Below, piece by piece: positions 1-12,650 of a DNA stretch of 64,000 bases (position 1 is the first letter of the stretch; the number at the start of each line of letters is the position of its first letter). The notes below the pieces were generated by a model. That model had not been told where the DNA came from, made no database searches, and saw only the letters and a program-made list of their open reading frames with translations. The position numbers and the translations under genes are program-made. This DNA comes from Anthoceros angustus (taxonomy: Eukaryota > Plantae > Anthocerotophyta): the NCBI GenBank assembly GCA_010909165.1, contig VJWM01000117.1, forward strand, positions 248,001 to 312,000, in the 5' to 3' direction.

Positions 1-379
1 TTGAGGAGCAGGCGCTAAGGGCGGTAGAATCACACGAAGTAAACGGGCCTATCATTCCCTTGGGAGCGGACTTCTTCCTACAACGACAGGGATTGTGCGC
101 GGTGGCCATCGCAAAAAGTCATACGCCACACACTCTTCTCTTCCACATTACCTATCTCACCTACATGCACGGTGGCTACTATGTCCTTGTACCAAGCTTT
201 GGAAGAGACTAGGAAGATAGGTGACTACCGAATCAACTCTAACAAAAGATGCAAGATATGGACAACATGGAAGCTAGTCGAGCCAGAGTGAGAGTTTTAG
301 TTGTGCAATACCTTCAAGAGAAGGTGGGACCACAAACAAACCCGTCAAGCCGAGTGTTTTGAGTGAAGGTGTTAGAAGT

Positions 380-978
380 CAGAAAAGGTGTTAGAGATGT
401 ATATCACCTATAAAATATACTCAACCAATACCTCACCAAAGGTTCCGCAGCTTGTCGAATGAAATGATGAGTAATTTGTATATGCTTTGATCTTGCAAGA
501 AATACAGTGGTTCTTGGAGGGTGCTATGGCATTGATTATCACACCACAGCAGTTGTAGGCACCGCCCAAGTTGTCAGAAGCCTTGAAGAAAAGAACGATC
601 CAAATAACTTCCCTAACCTGTGAAAGTGCCCCATACTATGCCTCCAGAAGATGTATGAGATAGTTGATAGCCTTTTGTTGGACCGTGATACAAACCTCCT
701 AACAAGTTGCGTAGGCGGCCTATACTTCTCTTGTTGTCCGTCACACCCGCCTCAGAGAAGATGTACGATAGTTGATAGCCTTTTGTTGACCAGATACAAA
801 CCTCCTAACAAGTTGCGTGGCCTATATTTCTCTTGTTGTCCGGGTCACCCGCCCACCGCCTCCGTAGAGTAAAAGGTGAGGTTCAATCGCCATTTGCCTT
901 GAGTATCGCAATCCATGTCTCGAAGTTCCTTTAAGTAGCGGAAGATTCTCACAACGCCCGCTGAGCCTCTTGGGTTCT
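380..978 (-). mobile_element. Ty1/Copia pol remnant: RT C-terminus and RNase H (host element, piece 3)
   Basis: The minus strand gives NPRGSAGVVRIFRYLK, WAGDPDNKRNIG and VVCDNQ-like motifs (Copia RT end and RNase H) with frameshifts. Confidence 0.8.
640..862. repeat. ~109 bp tandem duplication inside the Copia RNase H remnant
   Basis: The block agaagatgta..gatagttgatagccttttgttg..acaaacctcctaacaagttgcgt..ttctcttgttgtccg occurs from ~640 and ~749, differing by small indels. Confidence 0.85.
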
Positions 979-979
979 A

Positions 980-3505
980 TGACGGTGATACTAATCCTCC
1001 TGCTTGGGTTTAGTGTTTGATTAGCATTAATTAATCTAAGTACTTATCTTTAAGTAAGTAATTAGTGTTAATTAATCGTGGTGCTTATGTTAATTAAGCA
1101 TTGATTAGTGTTAATTCAACATGGTTAGCAATAGCTGTGGATAAGCAAGTAATATGCTTTGGCATATTCCTTGCATATTATAGTGTATTCTTAGGATATT
1201 TAGGCATATCGATGTGATAGGATATCTTAGAATACGACGATGCCAAGGGCTAGTATATAGACCCTCCATCGAGGACAAGCCTCGATCATAATGGGTCCTC
1301 TAGATATGCAATGCAAGGGTGTTGAGGAGGCCAAAGGTATGATGTCGAGAGCGGTGAGGAATTTGCGTGTTGTTCCTCGTGGGAGGTGTGGCAGCCACGA
1401 TGTGCGAGCTACTCAGAACGATCCGGATTTCAAACCCTGATTGGATTGTGTCTTTGAGTGATTTTTGTTTTTTCTCTAAGTTTGGTGTCAAAACGAGCTA
1501 AGTTGTGAGGAAGGATATTTATACTAGAAAGTGTCCTTGACCTATGAGTTTTGGGTTGTTTCAGTTGAATAATAATCGGTCCTTAGACTATGAACTCGAT
1601 ACTCCTTGGCTTTGGTCTCGAATATGTAATAGAAAGTCTATATATGTGGGAGGGGTCCCCATATTTGGCGGTCCAAGTAAATAGAATTCAACCAACCGGG
1701 CGGTAGTTTGGTGTTGAATTGGCTAACCAGGTGTCGGGGACTATGTTTCAAGAGCGGTTGGAACTGACGGCGGTCGTGGAAGGAGGAGCATGGAAGGGAG
1801 TGGTCGCTGGCCAGTAGGTAAGCGACGGGGAAATATAACCCTAAGGGAACTCGGAAGAGCGCTGGCGGTAGCTCTAGACAATTCTGACGAGCTCACGTAC
1901 ATAGGGCAGCCCGTGGCGGTGTGAAGCTCAGTGCAGGAAGGAAGAAACCCTGGGGACCAAGTTGGAGATTCGAGGCGGAGTTATCAGCAATTGAGCGCTA
2001 TGGGCGTGAGGGTTTTGCAGAGCATGGCACCCAAGGTTTGAAATTGTGCCCAATGGCCAAATATGGACCATTGGAGGGTTCGAAATGGAGGATTGGTGAG
2101 GGAGCCGGGACTTGGGATCATGGAAAACAAAGTGAGAGTTTATGGGAGGATTTACGGACCCGGCAAAGGAAGGAGGACCCATAAATTCAGCAAGAAAGGA
2201 CGAAGGGCCAAAGCGACCAAATCGGATGCGGAGATAACATGGGCAGGAGTAGTGGCATCCTAGGAATAGAACTTTGGATAGGATTAGGTAGGATGCCATC
2301 CTGGACCTAAGGCCATCCGAAATTGTAGGGCGCTCACGCTCAAATTTTAGGACCTGGAAAGTCTGGTGGCTATGACGCCCCAGCAATTGTATAAAGGGGC
2401 TTGGTTGTGCCCCTCACATGAGATAATTTCTGGTTGAGATCCCCACGCTGCCTGTGGCTGGTTGGAGACGTCCAATTAACGGAGGCGGGGTGTGCGAGAC
2501 GCTCCTAGGAATGTGCGAGACGCTCCTAGGATTGGTCGAGAGCTGCTCTGACTGGAGGGAAGGGGCACTGCCGCCTGCGACCAAGGGGAGGGAACCAAGA
2601 GACCGCGCGGCGTCCGGAGCTTGCCTGAACGCCTGGGTCGCCGGGCTCTTCTCCGCTTCTTTCTCGCCAGCCGTGTTCTGAAATTGAGAGTCTGTGAGTG
2701 AGTGGATGCCTGGAGGGTGAATCGAGAGAAGGAGAGTGAGAGCAGATCGGGGAAGGAGATATTAAGTGCTGTACGCGATGCGAGGTGTTGAAACGTGAGT
2801 GGAAAAAGAGGAGAAGAACCGTGGAGAGGATGTGGTTGGAATTGGTGTGTAGGAATCGCGAACTGAGTCAGTGCTGTTTGGAGAAAGTGCGCATGGGAAA
2901 CGGTGTTTCCTGGAGGAAATAAGGTGGTGCGGTACCCTTGTGTGTGTGTGTGCATGTGTGTGGATTGAGTGTAGAGTGGTCTAGGAAACCCTAGTGTCGG
3001 GGAATCTATCATTGTATCCGGGTAGAGTACTATCCGAATGGAAGCGACAACCCGTGCAGGGCGCGGTGTCAATCAGCCGTTAGGGTTTGGCGCGTCGACC
3101 CACCCGTGGTCGTACTCCGTAGTGATGCGGACTTCCGCGGTAGCAGAAAGGGAACGGGGTCGGGGAGTTAGATCCGTGGTAGTTGGATAAGACAGGAGGT
3201 AGTCGTAGTTGAGTAGATAGGTGCGAGAAGCGGTAGCGGACCAGTCCAGGCTTAGGCAAAGGTTGGTAGTGATAGAAGATAGCGTCTTTTGGCACAAACC
3301 ATTCCCTTAGGAGCAAATCCCAGGACTACAACGACATTGAGGGTAAATGTGGACCTCACCGTGTCCCACGACACGAGTTTACACCCCACATACTTCCTCC
3401 TGTTGTTATTGGTTTGCACCTATATATCTGCGTATTAGATTTGTTTTGCTTGGTTGTTTGTCGAGAAAGTGCTTATACGAATTCAAGTGCTTACCTCGTG
3501 CGACA
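980..3505 (+). mobile_element. Solo LTR family A (~545 bp net), split by a nested insertion
   Basis: TG at 980, CA at 3505. GTTCT lies at 974-978 (one extra base before TG) and at 3506-3510. Removing it rejoins Copia RT as FLEN|PRG. A homologous uninterrupted copy is at ~8398-8945. Confidence 0.65.
1415..3390. mobile_element. ~2 kb insertion, probable solo LTR (family B), nested in LTR A
   Basis: Interrupts LTR A at gagctactc|ttcct relative to the 8.4 kb copy. Ends in CA at 3390 and is flanked by TACTC/TACTT. The left end is AG, not TG. No convincing coding ORF. Confidence 0.55.
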
Positions 3506-3681
3506 GTTCTCTAGGAACTGCGAAACATTGCTCACTGCTCTGGAAATATCAATTCGTGTCCATGATGCCAGATACAATGAGCTACCCACAGCCTGTTTGT
3601 AAGGACGTGTTACCTTGAGATCTTTCTCGAATTGGGAAACATGACGTTGTTCCTTGGACAACTTCTCACCGATGTCCATAT
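3506..3681 (-). mobile_element. Copia RT fragment (host element, piece 2)
   Basis: DIGEKLSKEQ...PYKQAVGSSLYLASWTRIDISRAVSNVSQFLEN matches the Copia RT C-terminal motif. Confidence 0.85.
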
Positions 3682-6645
3682 TGTTACGAATCAATTAATC
3701 TGTCCGTAACCCTACCGTCCGCTAGTTACCGTAGACCGTAATTAATAGTATTTAGTAATTACGAACGGGTGTGCCTCTTCGGAAGAGACACCCACAGACA
3801 CTATTTAAGCACTTGTATACACCTTATAGCTAATTCAACACGAAATATCTTTGTGAGCATAGCATCTCGATAATGCTAGACTAGATATAAGAGATGCACA
3901 ATCCTATTGCTAGAATTTTAACATGGTATCAGAGCCTACATCATGCTTATGATCCTCCGAGAGTCTAAGGAGATCTGTGACGGCGATCCATTAGAAGTTC
4001 TCAACATGGAGGCGCCGTGGCATGCAAACCAAGGCACACCATTTGACGGAGAATGACCCACGAGCCTACAATAGCCTTTTGCACCGGCCGCCGTGAGGCT
4101 CCATCGCGTTGCTGCCCACCACCTTGCAGTTTCTTCACAATTTCTACTCTTGCGGCACAGTCACGGACACACCAAGCAAGCTTGGACCTCGGCCCCACCA
4201 ATTACCTGCGAGACAACATGATCGTGAATTCCATCGACGGTGGAATTCAACAAAATTACACGAGAATTGAAAGCCTCCTCCAGATTGAAGCCATCTTGAT
4301 GCGTCATCGTGCGAGCTCAAGGAAATCTGGATATGGCCAGGTAATTCGGCAAGAGGAGCAGCAATTTCGCCGCCCTCACCTAGGGCGTGGCCGGGAGGCG
4401 GCGATCGCGCCTCACCCGGGCGTCGGCATGGTGCGCTCGGGCGGGCAGTGCGCCCAGCGCATTGTGCCGCGGCCCTTGTGGTCTGCAATTGGTGCGCCCG
4501 TGATCCCTACCATCCCCGGATCGTGCTCGGAGCACGGCGGCGGCGGCGGTGGAGGGCTCCCCCCGCGCAGGCGGAGGCGAGGCCGGCGAAGGCGGCCGTG
4601 GAGCGCCGCGGGCCCGCGCCAGACGGCGGGCGCGCCGCCTGCACGGCCGCAGTGGGCGGAGGTCCGAGGCCGGCTTAATACAACTTTAGTTGCCCAAAAC
4701 TAATCCTACCGAACTCGCAACCTCCAACGCCTAAGCCTATAGACCAACCACCACACTAACTCGAATTGGTGTGCAATCCATTGTTTTCATTAACTCTTAA
4801 AGAGTTTGCAGCAGAAAAAAAAAGTGGGGAATTCTCACAGGAGAAATTAAAAACAAGTTAGAGACGGATAGCTATATTCTTCGAGATCTCGCAACACCAG
4901 CAGCCCGCGACGAGGATTCAACTTGAAGTCTTATGACCACAACTTACAGAGACGTGGTGAATCAACTTATACAACACTTCAACTCGCTTTCGCTCGACGC
5001 TACCGCTTCCATGGCTAGAAGTACCTCCTCCCCTATGGGAGTAGTACCGGTCTTCACCGACCAAATTAAAGAGAAAGATCGATTCAATGGCCAACACTAC
5101 CCCGTGTGGCGAGTTCGCATGAAGTCCATACTGATAGGTCGAGGTGTTTGGAAGATTGTCGATGGCACCCTTCCGAAGCCTACCTCTTCAACCACACCTC
5201 CCCCATCAGTTGCTGGTATTGAAAGATGGGACTACTTGAATGGGATTGCAATTGCCCTCCTCATCAGCGGACTCGACTCAAGCCTGGTGCCCATCGTGGA
5301 GTTCCTCACGGAGGCTTCTGCAATCTGGGACCAGTTGTCTAACACCTACAATGTTAACAATGTTCTGACCTTGTACACAGTACGGCAGGAATTCAACTCC
5401 TTAAGGATGAAGGAGACCGATGCGATTTCTACCCACACTCGAGTTCGAGGGGCGAGGCGCTCGCCTCCCTTGGCTCAACCATGTCGGAGACCGATCTGCA
5501 TTACATTAATGAGATTACCACCGTCTTACCACAACTTCGTGACCAGCCTGATGTTGGTATCGACTCATGGTAAGTCAAGTACACCCTCCACCCTTACAAT
5601 GGAAGATATTATCGGTGCTCTGTATCAGCAGGAGCAGAGCCGCCTTAGCTCGGCAGGAGGGTCCAAGCCCGATGCAGACAGGGCGCTTTCCACCCATTTC
5701 AAGCCCGGGAGGAATTTGAAGGGCAAGGCAAACTTCACCCCTAAAGGTGACTCAACCTCCGCTCTTCCTCATGGCGGAAGCGCAATTGGTGCGGAGTCTG
5801 CCGGCCATTAGGCACGAGAGTGCCGCAAGAGAGAGGCGGAGGCATGAAGGCCGACTTAAGACAGGCAAGTGTGCGATTAGAGGCGCCTTGATACAATGGA
5901 GGCAAAGACCGTAAAGATACTTATGGTTTGCCTCAACACCGAGTTGCATCGAGATGCGGGTGGTATCTGGGCTGAGCCACCGCCCACATATACAAGCGAT
6001 AGTACTCTATTCACCAGGCTGGATACTCATCCTCTCGGAAAGGGTGTTACTTGGTGACGAATCTAGTAGATCCGGCCTGCAATTATGGGACAAGGCATTT
6101 GCAATTTCCCTCGAGGGGCGGTTCGGTGCTTACCTTGAGCCTATGCTCCTCGTCCCACAAATGGGCAAGAACTGGTTTCCATGTCATTTCAAGCAAGGCG
6201 ATCTTGAGATGCTTGCTTCAAGGGGGTCATGCTACTTCTTCAGGACCACCAGTCCTGACTTGTGCCTATTGAATGCCGTACCTCAAGACGGCTTGTACAC
6301 GCTTTCCTTAGCCTTCAGAGGGAGCTCACCAAAGAGGAGCGTCGCGCTCCACGGGAGATAGCTTCCATTACTGTAGGTTACGTCCAGCTTAAGAGGGAGT
6401 GTTACGAAACAATTAATCTGTCCGTAACCCTACCGTCCGCTAGTTACCGTAGACCGTAATTAATAGTATTTAGTAATTACGAACGGGTGTGACTCTTCGG
6501 AAGAGACACCCACAGACATTATTTAAGACAGACTTTGTATACACCTTATAGCTAATTCAACACGAAATATCTTTGTGAGCATAGCATCTCGATAATGCTA
6601 GACTAGATATAACAGATGCACAATCCTATTGCTAGGATTTTAACA
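3682..6645 (+). mobile_element. Complete non-autonomous Copia-derived LTR element (gag + protease only, TR-GAG-like)
   Basis: 5' LTR 3682-3923 and 3' LTR 6400-6645 are near identical, TG...CA. PBS TGGTATCAGAGC (tRNA-iMet) at 3924-3935. PPT AAGAGGGAG at 6391-6399. TSD CATAT at 3677-3681 and 6646-6650. Confidence 0.93.
4933..6360 (+). pseudogene. Copia gag (UBN2-type) followed by frameshifted zinc knuckle and protease
   Basis: FNGQHYPVWRVRMKSILIGRGVWKIVDG gag start; GH.ARECRK knuckle remnant near 5800; VLLGD...LLVPQMGKN protease-region motifs at 6040-6180. No INT, RT or RH before the PPT. Confidence 0.8.
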
Positions 6646-6900
6646 CATATGAGTGGCAATAGGATGTGCATCCATCATATTAAAATGCTGTAAGAGTTGC
6701 TTCAAAAAGTGTTCTTGGAGAATATCAATGCAACGCCCCTCATCACTAAAGTGAAACTGTACACCCAGAGAAAAACTCAATTGGCCCAAGTCAGTCATAT
6801 CAAAATGAGAAAGAAGAACTTGCTTAATCTTGGCCATCAATAATCGGAGAGGTACAAAAAGTTGTCATCAACATACACAATTAATATCAAGAAGTCATCA
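6646..6900 (-). mobile_element. Copia RT fragment with YVDD catalytic motif (host element, piece 1)
   Basis: LIVYVDD at ~6864-6885, then FDMTDLGQLSFSLGV...PIATHM, which continues as DIGEK at 3681 across the insertion. Confidence 0.88.
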
Positions 6901-7929
6901 CCTTCCCATGGTATGTGAACACCACTATCAAGATCAAGGCATGTAAACCCCGCCCTATTTAATTAGTAATATATAAGTTCATAGTAGAAGAAAGGAATAG
7001 CTTGGACAAAGAATGTAAACTTGAATACTCTTAGCGAGAGTTTATGATTATTTTTCGAGAAAACATGCTCTCCATGCCCTATATATGTGTTGCTAAGCTT
7101 CAATATTTTCCACATCATTTTCCTTCCACAAAAAAGTTGCTTGTTCTTATATCCTTTTCCTTTCTCTTTTTTCACCCTAGTATTTGTGTACCTCTTTTGT
7201 CACTCCAATATTTTGTGGTAACAATCATGGCTGGCTACCGGTACTTGTGGTTAGTTATTTTCCGCTTAGCAAAGACTTGTTCAAGGTGGTACGGGAACAA
7301 GTTTGTTGCAAGAGGACAACCAATGATTCGCGTGACTTCATTGCCATCACTTGCCCTTGGCATCAACTTAGCTTGAGCTTGTTTTCCAAATGCGGATGAA
7401 GTTTTTTAATATTTATGTTATTTTATTTTTACTTTTATGGTATGACTTATGTACATTGTGATAACTTCGTGACTGTTCAAGTTGCTTTTGCATAATGCCC
7501 ATGGTGTGCCTGTGGATCCTATTGGACAAATTAGAGGCGGACTTTGGGTACCGTGAATGGGAAATATGGGGCCCAAAGGAAGCAGTGCGATGTTGCTCTT
7601 TTGATGTGTAACGCTACAATAAATGCGACCAGTCAACATCCCCTGCTATGGACTGGTTGGAGAACGTCAGTCCCGCAATCCGGATAATGGAGAAGACGCC
7701 ATTCTTTCTGCTGTGATGCTTGGACCGCAATATATGGAGATTCAAATTACGATTCGGGATAGTTAGGGCTTTGTATGTTGAGCTTTAGGAAGCCACATAG
7801 GAACTTCTCGCTCATAGTTCACATATGTATGTGAAAGTTTTGGCATATTATTGTATGAACCTAGGCCTATTTTGGTTTTAAAGAGATTATGCCTTTACAT
7901 TGTCTTACAAAACTTTGCCACCGCTTCTT

Positions 7930-8395
7930 GCATTCTAGAGATCCGTGGCCATCACTGGGGATTTTCGCGCTTGCCTTCTCGCTGCTGTCGCGTATGTGAG
8001 CCTAGTGTTGTCCCTATCAAAAAGGTGAGGTTGGGCATGTTAGTGTTGAATCCCGAGCTCATGATCGAAAGGTATTTGAAGCATGGAAGCATTTCATTCC
8101 ATGTGAGTGCATTTCTATACATGTTGCTGAGGACTGCGAGACCTACGGAGGCTTTGGTTTATGCCCGTCTTGCAAAGGTGAACGCTTCAAGCCTGCTTAG
8201 AAACATGACTCCGGAGGCTATTCCTAGGGCTAAGGCGAGAGCTGGGCTGTGGTTACCCGATACACAAAAGGGTAGATATATATACATATATGGCTCCTGC
8301 TTGCTTGCTTGTTTCCATGCTCATAGATGCTATGCAAGTTGTGCCACATCATCACTCTTGATTCCACTCCCGACGAGATATGCTGCCAGACCTGT
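7930..8395 (+). pseudogene. Intron-containing fragment of a DnaJ-type CxxCxGxG zinc-finger gene (copy 1)
   Basis: Exon end ...VVPIKK|gtgagg; exon 8132-8271 DCETYGGFGLCPSCKGERF...; next intron kept up to its acceptor. Homologous to 20640-21084 (-). Confidence 0.65.
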
Positions 8396-8397
8396 CA

Positions 8398-8945
8398 TGC
8401 CGTGTGAGACTAATCTCCGCACTTGGGTTTAGTATTAGATTAGCATTAATTAATCTAACTACTTATCTTAAGCAAGTAATTAATATTAGTTAATCTAAAG
8501 TCTTTATGTTACTTAAGAGTTAATTAGTGTTAATTCAACATGGTTAGCAATAGCTAAGTGGATAAGCACAAGTAATATGCTTTAGCATATTCCTTGCATA
8601 TTATATTTTATTCTTAGGATATTTTTGGCATATGTCATGCCTAACAGATATCTTAGAATATGCCATGCCAAGGGCTAGATATATAGACTCCTTTCGAGGA
8701 TGTTCTCGGATCATAGCTTGTTCATAGATATGAAATGCAAGAGTGTTGTGAGGAGGCCAAAGCTATGACTCCCAGAGCGATATGCGATAATTTTGTGTTG
8801 TTACCGTGGAGAGTGTGTTTGTGCCTCGACGTGCGAGCTACTCTTTCCTATTGTTATTGGTCTGCACCTATGTTTGCATATGAGATTTGTTTTGCTTGGT
8901 TTTCTATTGAGGAAGTTGTGGAACGCCGAATTTTGGGTCCACGGT
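8398..8945 (+). mobile_element. Second copy of LTR family A
   Basis: Colinear with 980-1414 plus 3391-3460 (ttgggtttagt..ttagcattaattaatctaa..ttcaacatggttagcaatagct..tatatagac..gtgcgagctact..ttattggt). Right end uncertain. Confidence 0.7.
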
Positions 8946-9479
8946 TGGAAGAGAGGCGGATGCCTCCTAATTTTGTTCATATTAGTTAGGTTTCATTTTT
9001 CTTTTTTTTTCTTTTCTTACCAAGAGGTCCGAAGACAAAAGATGTGAGTGAGTTGCCAATTGAGAAGCTGACCGACGACGGGCCGGAGGAAAACGGCCAA
9101 GAACAGTCCAACGCTAGTGACGGAGCGGATCAAGTCCGAACAGGAGGATCGGAAAACTTACGCGCCAGGAGGAAGGTCCGCTGAAGACCGAACCTGCAGG
9201 GTCGAGGGTTGGTGCCAGGCCTAGGGGCGGCGGCGCCAGGTCACTCCCACCGCCCAGTATCAAACATGCAGCAGGAGTAAAGTCCTTACTCCAAATGAGG
9301 ACGACGCCGCAAGGGGGAGCCACAGTTTTGACAAAGCGAACTGCGCATGCATCTGCTGAGACAAAGCGAAAGCGCAAAGCGCGAGAGGAAGTAGAGGCGC
9401 AACAACAGCAAGAAGTGAGCGCATGCTAGGCATATATAGCAAAAAAGTCCTTGGCGCTCGGAGGAGGAAATTGGGCGCC

Positions 9480-12400
9480 CCTGAATCGACGGAGGAGAAA
9501 CGGAGAACATGGAGGAGAGGAACGTGCGGATGATCCAAGGGATGGACCACCTAGTACATCTGCATATGGGGGGAGCGAGAGGAAGTGATGGTGTGGCTCC
9601 CACCGAGAGGAATGAAGATGGAAAAGGGCAGGTGGTCGACCTTCCCGAGGAAGCTCTCAACATGCTCATCGGAGAGGTGGACACGAAGACGCGAAATGGC
9701 TGGAGGATGATAAGATTGCCGACCTCAAGTGGAAGCTTTTACAAGGATAGTTTTGGGGCGACCGTCCGAACCACCTACTTCAGAAGGCTGCTCTTCATTT
9801 CATGGAAGTCAAGCAAGGAGCTCACCGACTGGGGACCATGTCGACGCCTATGAGCATCACCGAGACAAGTCAATGAGGCCAAACATTGTGGACAATGAGG
9901 GGCGGGCGCCCATTTGAGTACTTACCTTGTGCAGCTTGTGGGGCACATGGGTTATCGACAAGAAGAGCTCGGAGGAGTCTTACCACGCTTGAAGTGGTCC
10001 CTCCGAGGGATGGACAGGGTCCCTCTCCAAGAAGGTGAAGAAGGCAGAGGAGGAACCCAAGGTGGAGCAAGGAGTGCTTCACCTGTGGTGATCTTGGATG
10101 ATGAGACACCCCTGCCCCGACGCCAAGGAAGGAGAAGTGCCCGTCTGTGGGGAGACAAGGGCACAAGAGGAAGAGGTGGCAAGTGCACCATGAGGCAACC
10201 CCATGGAGTGTGGTGGTGGAACTAACCCACCCTGTGAGATGACCAAGTCAGTGAGTTCCACCCAACATCCAGGAGTGGAGAGACCGCCAAAGAGAAAGGC
10301 ATGAGTCGACTGTGAGGGGAATGAGAAGACAAAGGCTTTGAAGGATCCGACCATCCGCTGCCTAATTGATACTCCATTAGTGAAGCAGCCTTACAGGAAG
10401 TAGAGGAGTTGAGGTGAGAGCGCCGCCGACAAGCGATTGCCCCACCGTGGGGAGAAGGATAGCAAGGCTATCAAGGAGATGGCGCTGGTGAAAGGCGCCT
10501 AGTTGACCTCGAGAGAAGGTTGGGGCTCAAAGAAGATTGAAGAACAAAGGCCGAGACAAGAAAGTAGGGAGCGAATGAAGGAAGTGGCTACCTCAATCGT
10601 AAAATTGAGGAGACTGTCAGGGTGGAAGGAGTGGCAAGAAGAACTCGCCCCTTCAGCCGAGAAGGAAGAATGGGATGATCAAGACCGCTGGGAGGCCGAG
10701 GCCGCCAAGCCAAGAATGAAGAATCGAGGCCAAGCTCAAGGAGCCGGAGGAAGGACAGCCACATGGAGCAAGGAGCGTGAGGAGCTCACAGCAAGCAACG
10801 GAGGTCGACCAACGGTGGAAGGAAGAGGTAGCCCACCGAGGAAAATGATGCATCGTGATGTCGCCGTCAGAAGCAACGCCCAGCCGACTATGCATGGCAA
10901 CAAGGGATACCGGAGGCATGGAAGAGAGATGCAAAGAATGTCACTTCATGCCTCTGCTTGAGTGAGGTGACACTGAGAGGGATGCTATGGTAAGTTAGCC
11001 TCGTGAGAGTGGCCTCGAGGAATTTGATGAGATTTGTTTGAAGGGCCGTGAGATGCAGTCCACTTACATGCTAGGGTCAACAAGTTCGCTAAGGAGATGC
11101 GCCTTGTTGACAAGGAAGTTGTTGGGTCCCCACGATGACGATGGGAGATTTTGAGGAATTGCACCCTCGAGATTCGGACTTGGAGAGTGAAATGGATGCG
11201 TAAGGCTTTGGGAGGAGCCAATGGAAGAGGAAGAGATTTCACCACCGGTAGGGTTGGTGGGGTGTCCGGGGACAGAGTTGCACCAACACCCAACCGCCTT
11301 TGAGGTAATTGCGGCGGCGGCAGATGTGGCTAGAGAGGCTGCCTACAAGAGCGCCTGCAAGAGGGGGCGCCCACCTTCATCAACAAGATCGCCGAGACAG
11401 TGTGGAGGTTCCCCGTCGAGTGAAGAGATCCGGACGGGAACACCACCAAGAGAAAGGCATGAGTCGACCTGTGAGGGGAATGAGAAGACAAAGGCTTTGA
11501 AGGATCACGACCATCTGCTGCCTAATTGATACTCCACTAGTGAAGCAGCCTTACAGGAAGTAGAGGAGTTGAGGTGAGAGCCGCCGTGACAACCAAGCGA
11601 TTGCCCCACACCGTGGGGAGAAGGATAGCAAGGCTATCAAGGAGATGGCGCTGGTGAAAGGCGCCTAGTTGACCTCGAGAGAAGGTTGGGGCTCAAAGAA
11701 GATTGAAGAGGGGAGACAAGAAAGTAGGGAGCGAATGAAGGAAGTGGCTCTCAACCGTAAAATTGAGGAGACTGCCCGGTGGAAGGAGTGGCAAGAAGAA
11801 TCGCCCCCTTCAGCCGAGAAGGAATGTAATGGGATGATTGAAGACCGCCCGGAGGCCGAGGCCCAAACCAAGAATGAAGAACTGGAGGCGAAGCTCAAGG
11901 AGCTGGAAGAAGGACAGGCCACTTGGAGCAAGGAACGTGAGGACCTCACTAGGCAAGTAACGGAGGCTGACCAACGGTGGAAGGAAGAAGTGGCCCACCG
12001 GAGGAAAATGATGCATCGCATACTTGTCGTCAGGAAGCAACACTTCCAGGCTGACTATGCTTGGCAACAAGGGATACTGGAGGCATGGAAGGGAGATGCA
12101 AAATTACCTTACAGCCTGCTTGAGTGAGGTGACACTGAGAGGGATGCTATGGTAAGTTAGCCTCGTGGAGAGGCCTCGAGGAATTTGATGAGATTTGTTT
12201 GAAGGTGGAGATGCGTCCACTTACATGCTAGGTCAACAAGTTCGCTAAGGAGATGCGCCTTGTTGACAAGGAAGTTGTTGGGTCCCCACGATGACGATGG
12301 GAGATTTTGAGGAATTGCACCCCGCCTGAGAGATCTGACTGGAGAGTGAAATGGATGCAAGGCCTTGGGAGGAGCCAATGGAAGAGGAAGAGATTTCCAC

Positions 12401-12650
12401 CAGTAGGGTTGGTGGGGTGTCTCGCAGATGTGAGTTGCACCAACACCCAACCGCCTTGAAGGTAATTGCGGCGGCAAAGGCTGGGAGAGGCCGGTGCCTC
12501 TACAAGAGCGCCTGCAAGAGGGGCGATGCCCACTTCATCAACAAGATCGCCGAGATGTGTGGAAGGCTCGTCACGCGAGATCCGGACGGGAACAACCCCC
12601 CCAAGAGGAGGAAGATGGTGGCTGCCATGCCAACGCCCAAGAAGAAGTAG
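9480..12650 (+). mobile_element. Degenerate retroelement accessory ORF region (charged, coiled-coil rich) upstream of gag
   Basis: Several frameshifted plus-strand ORF pieces, including the heptad-like KNEELEAKLKELEEGQATWSKEREDLTRQVTEADQRWKEE. Sits between LTR A and a gag gene. Confidence 0.45.
10287..12607. repeat. ~1.16 kb direct tandem duplication
   Basis: ccaa(a)gagaaaggcatgagtcgac starts at 10287 and 11446. Copies are colinear and differ by substitutions and many 1-2 bp indels. Confidence 0.9.

Noticed and set aside
7195-7310. Plus-strand Copia RNase H scraps (TPIFCGNN..., PLSKDLF...)
   Set aside because: Too short and too deleted to call without a search.
7500-8300. Copia integrase on the minus strand
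   Set aside because: Only vague similarity, and 8024-8395 is better explained as the plus-strand zinc-finger gene fragment.
7851-8432. 193 aa ORF as an intact gene
   Set aside because: It runs through intron sequence and is out of frame with the conserved zinc-finger exon.
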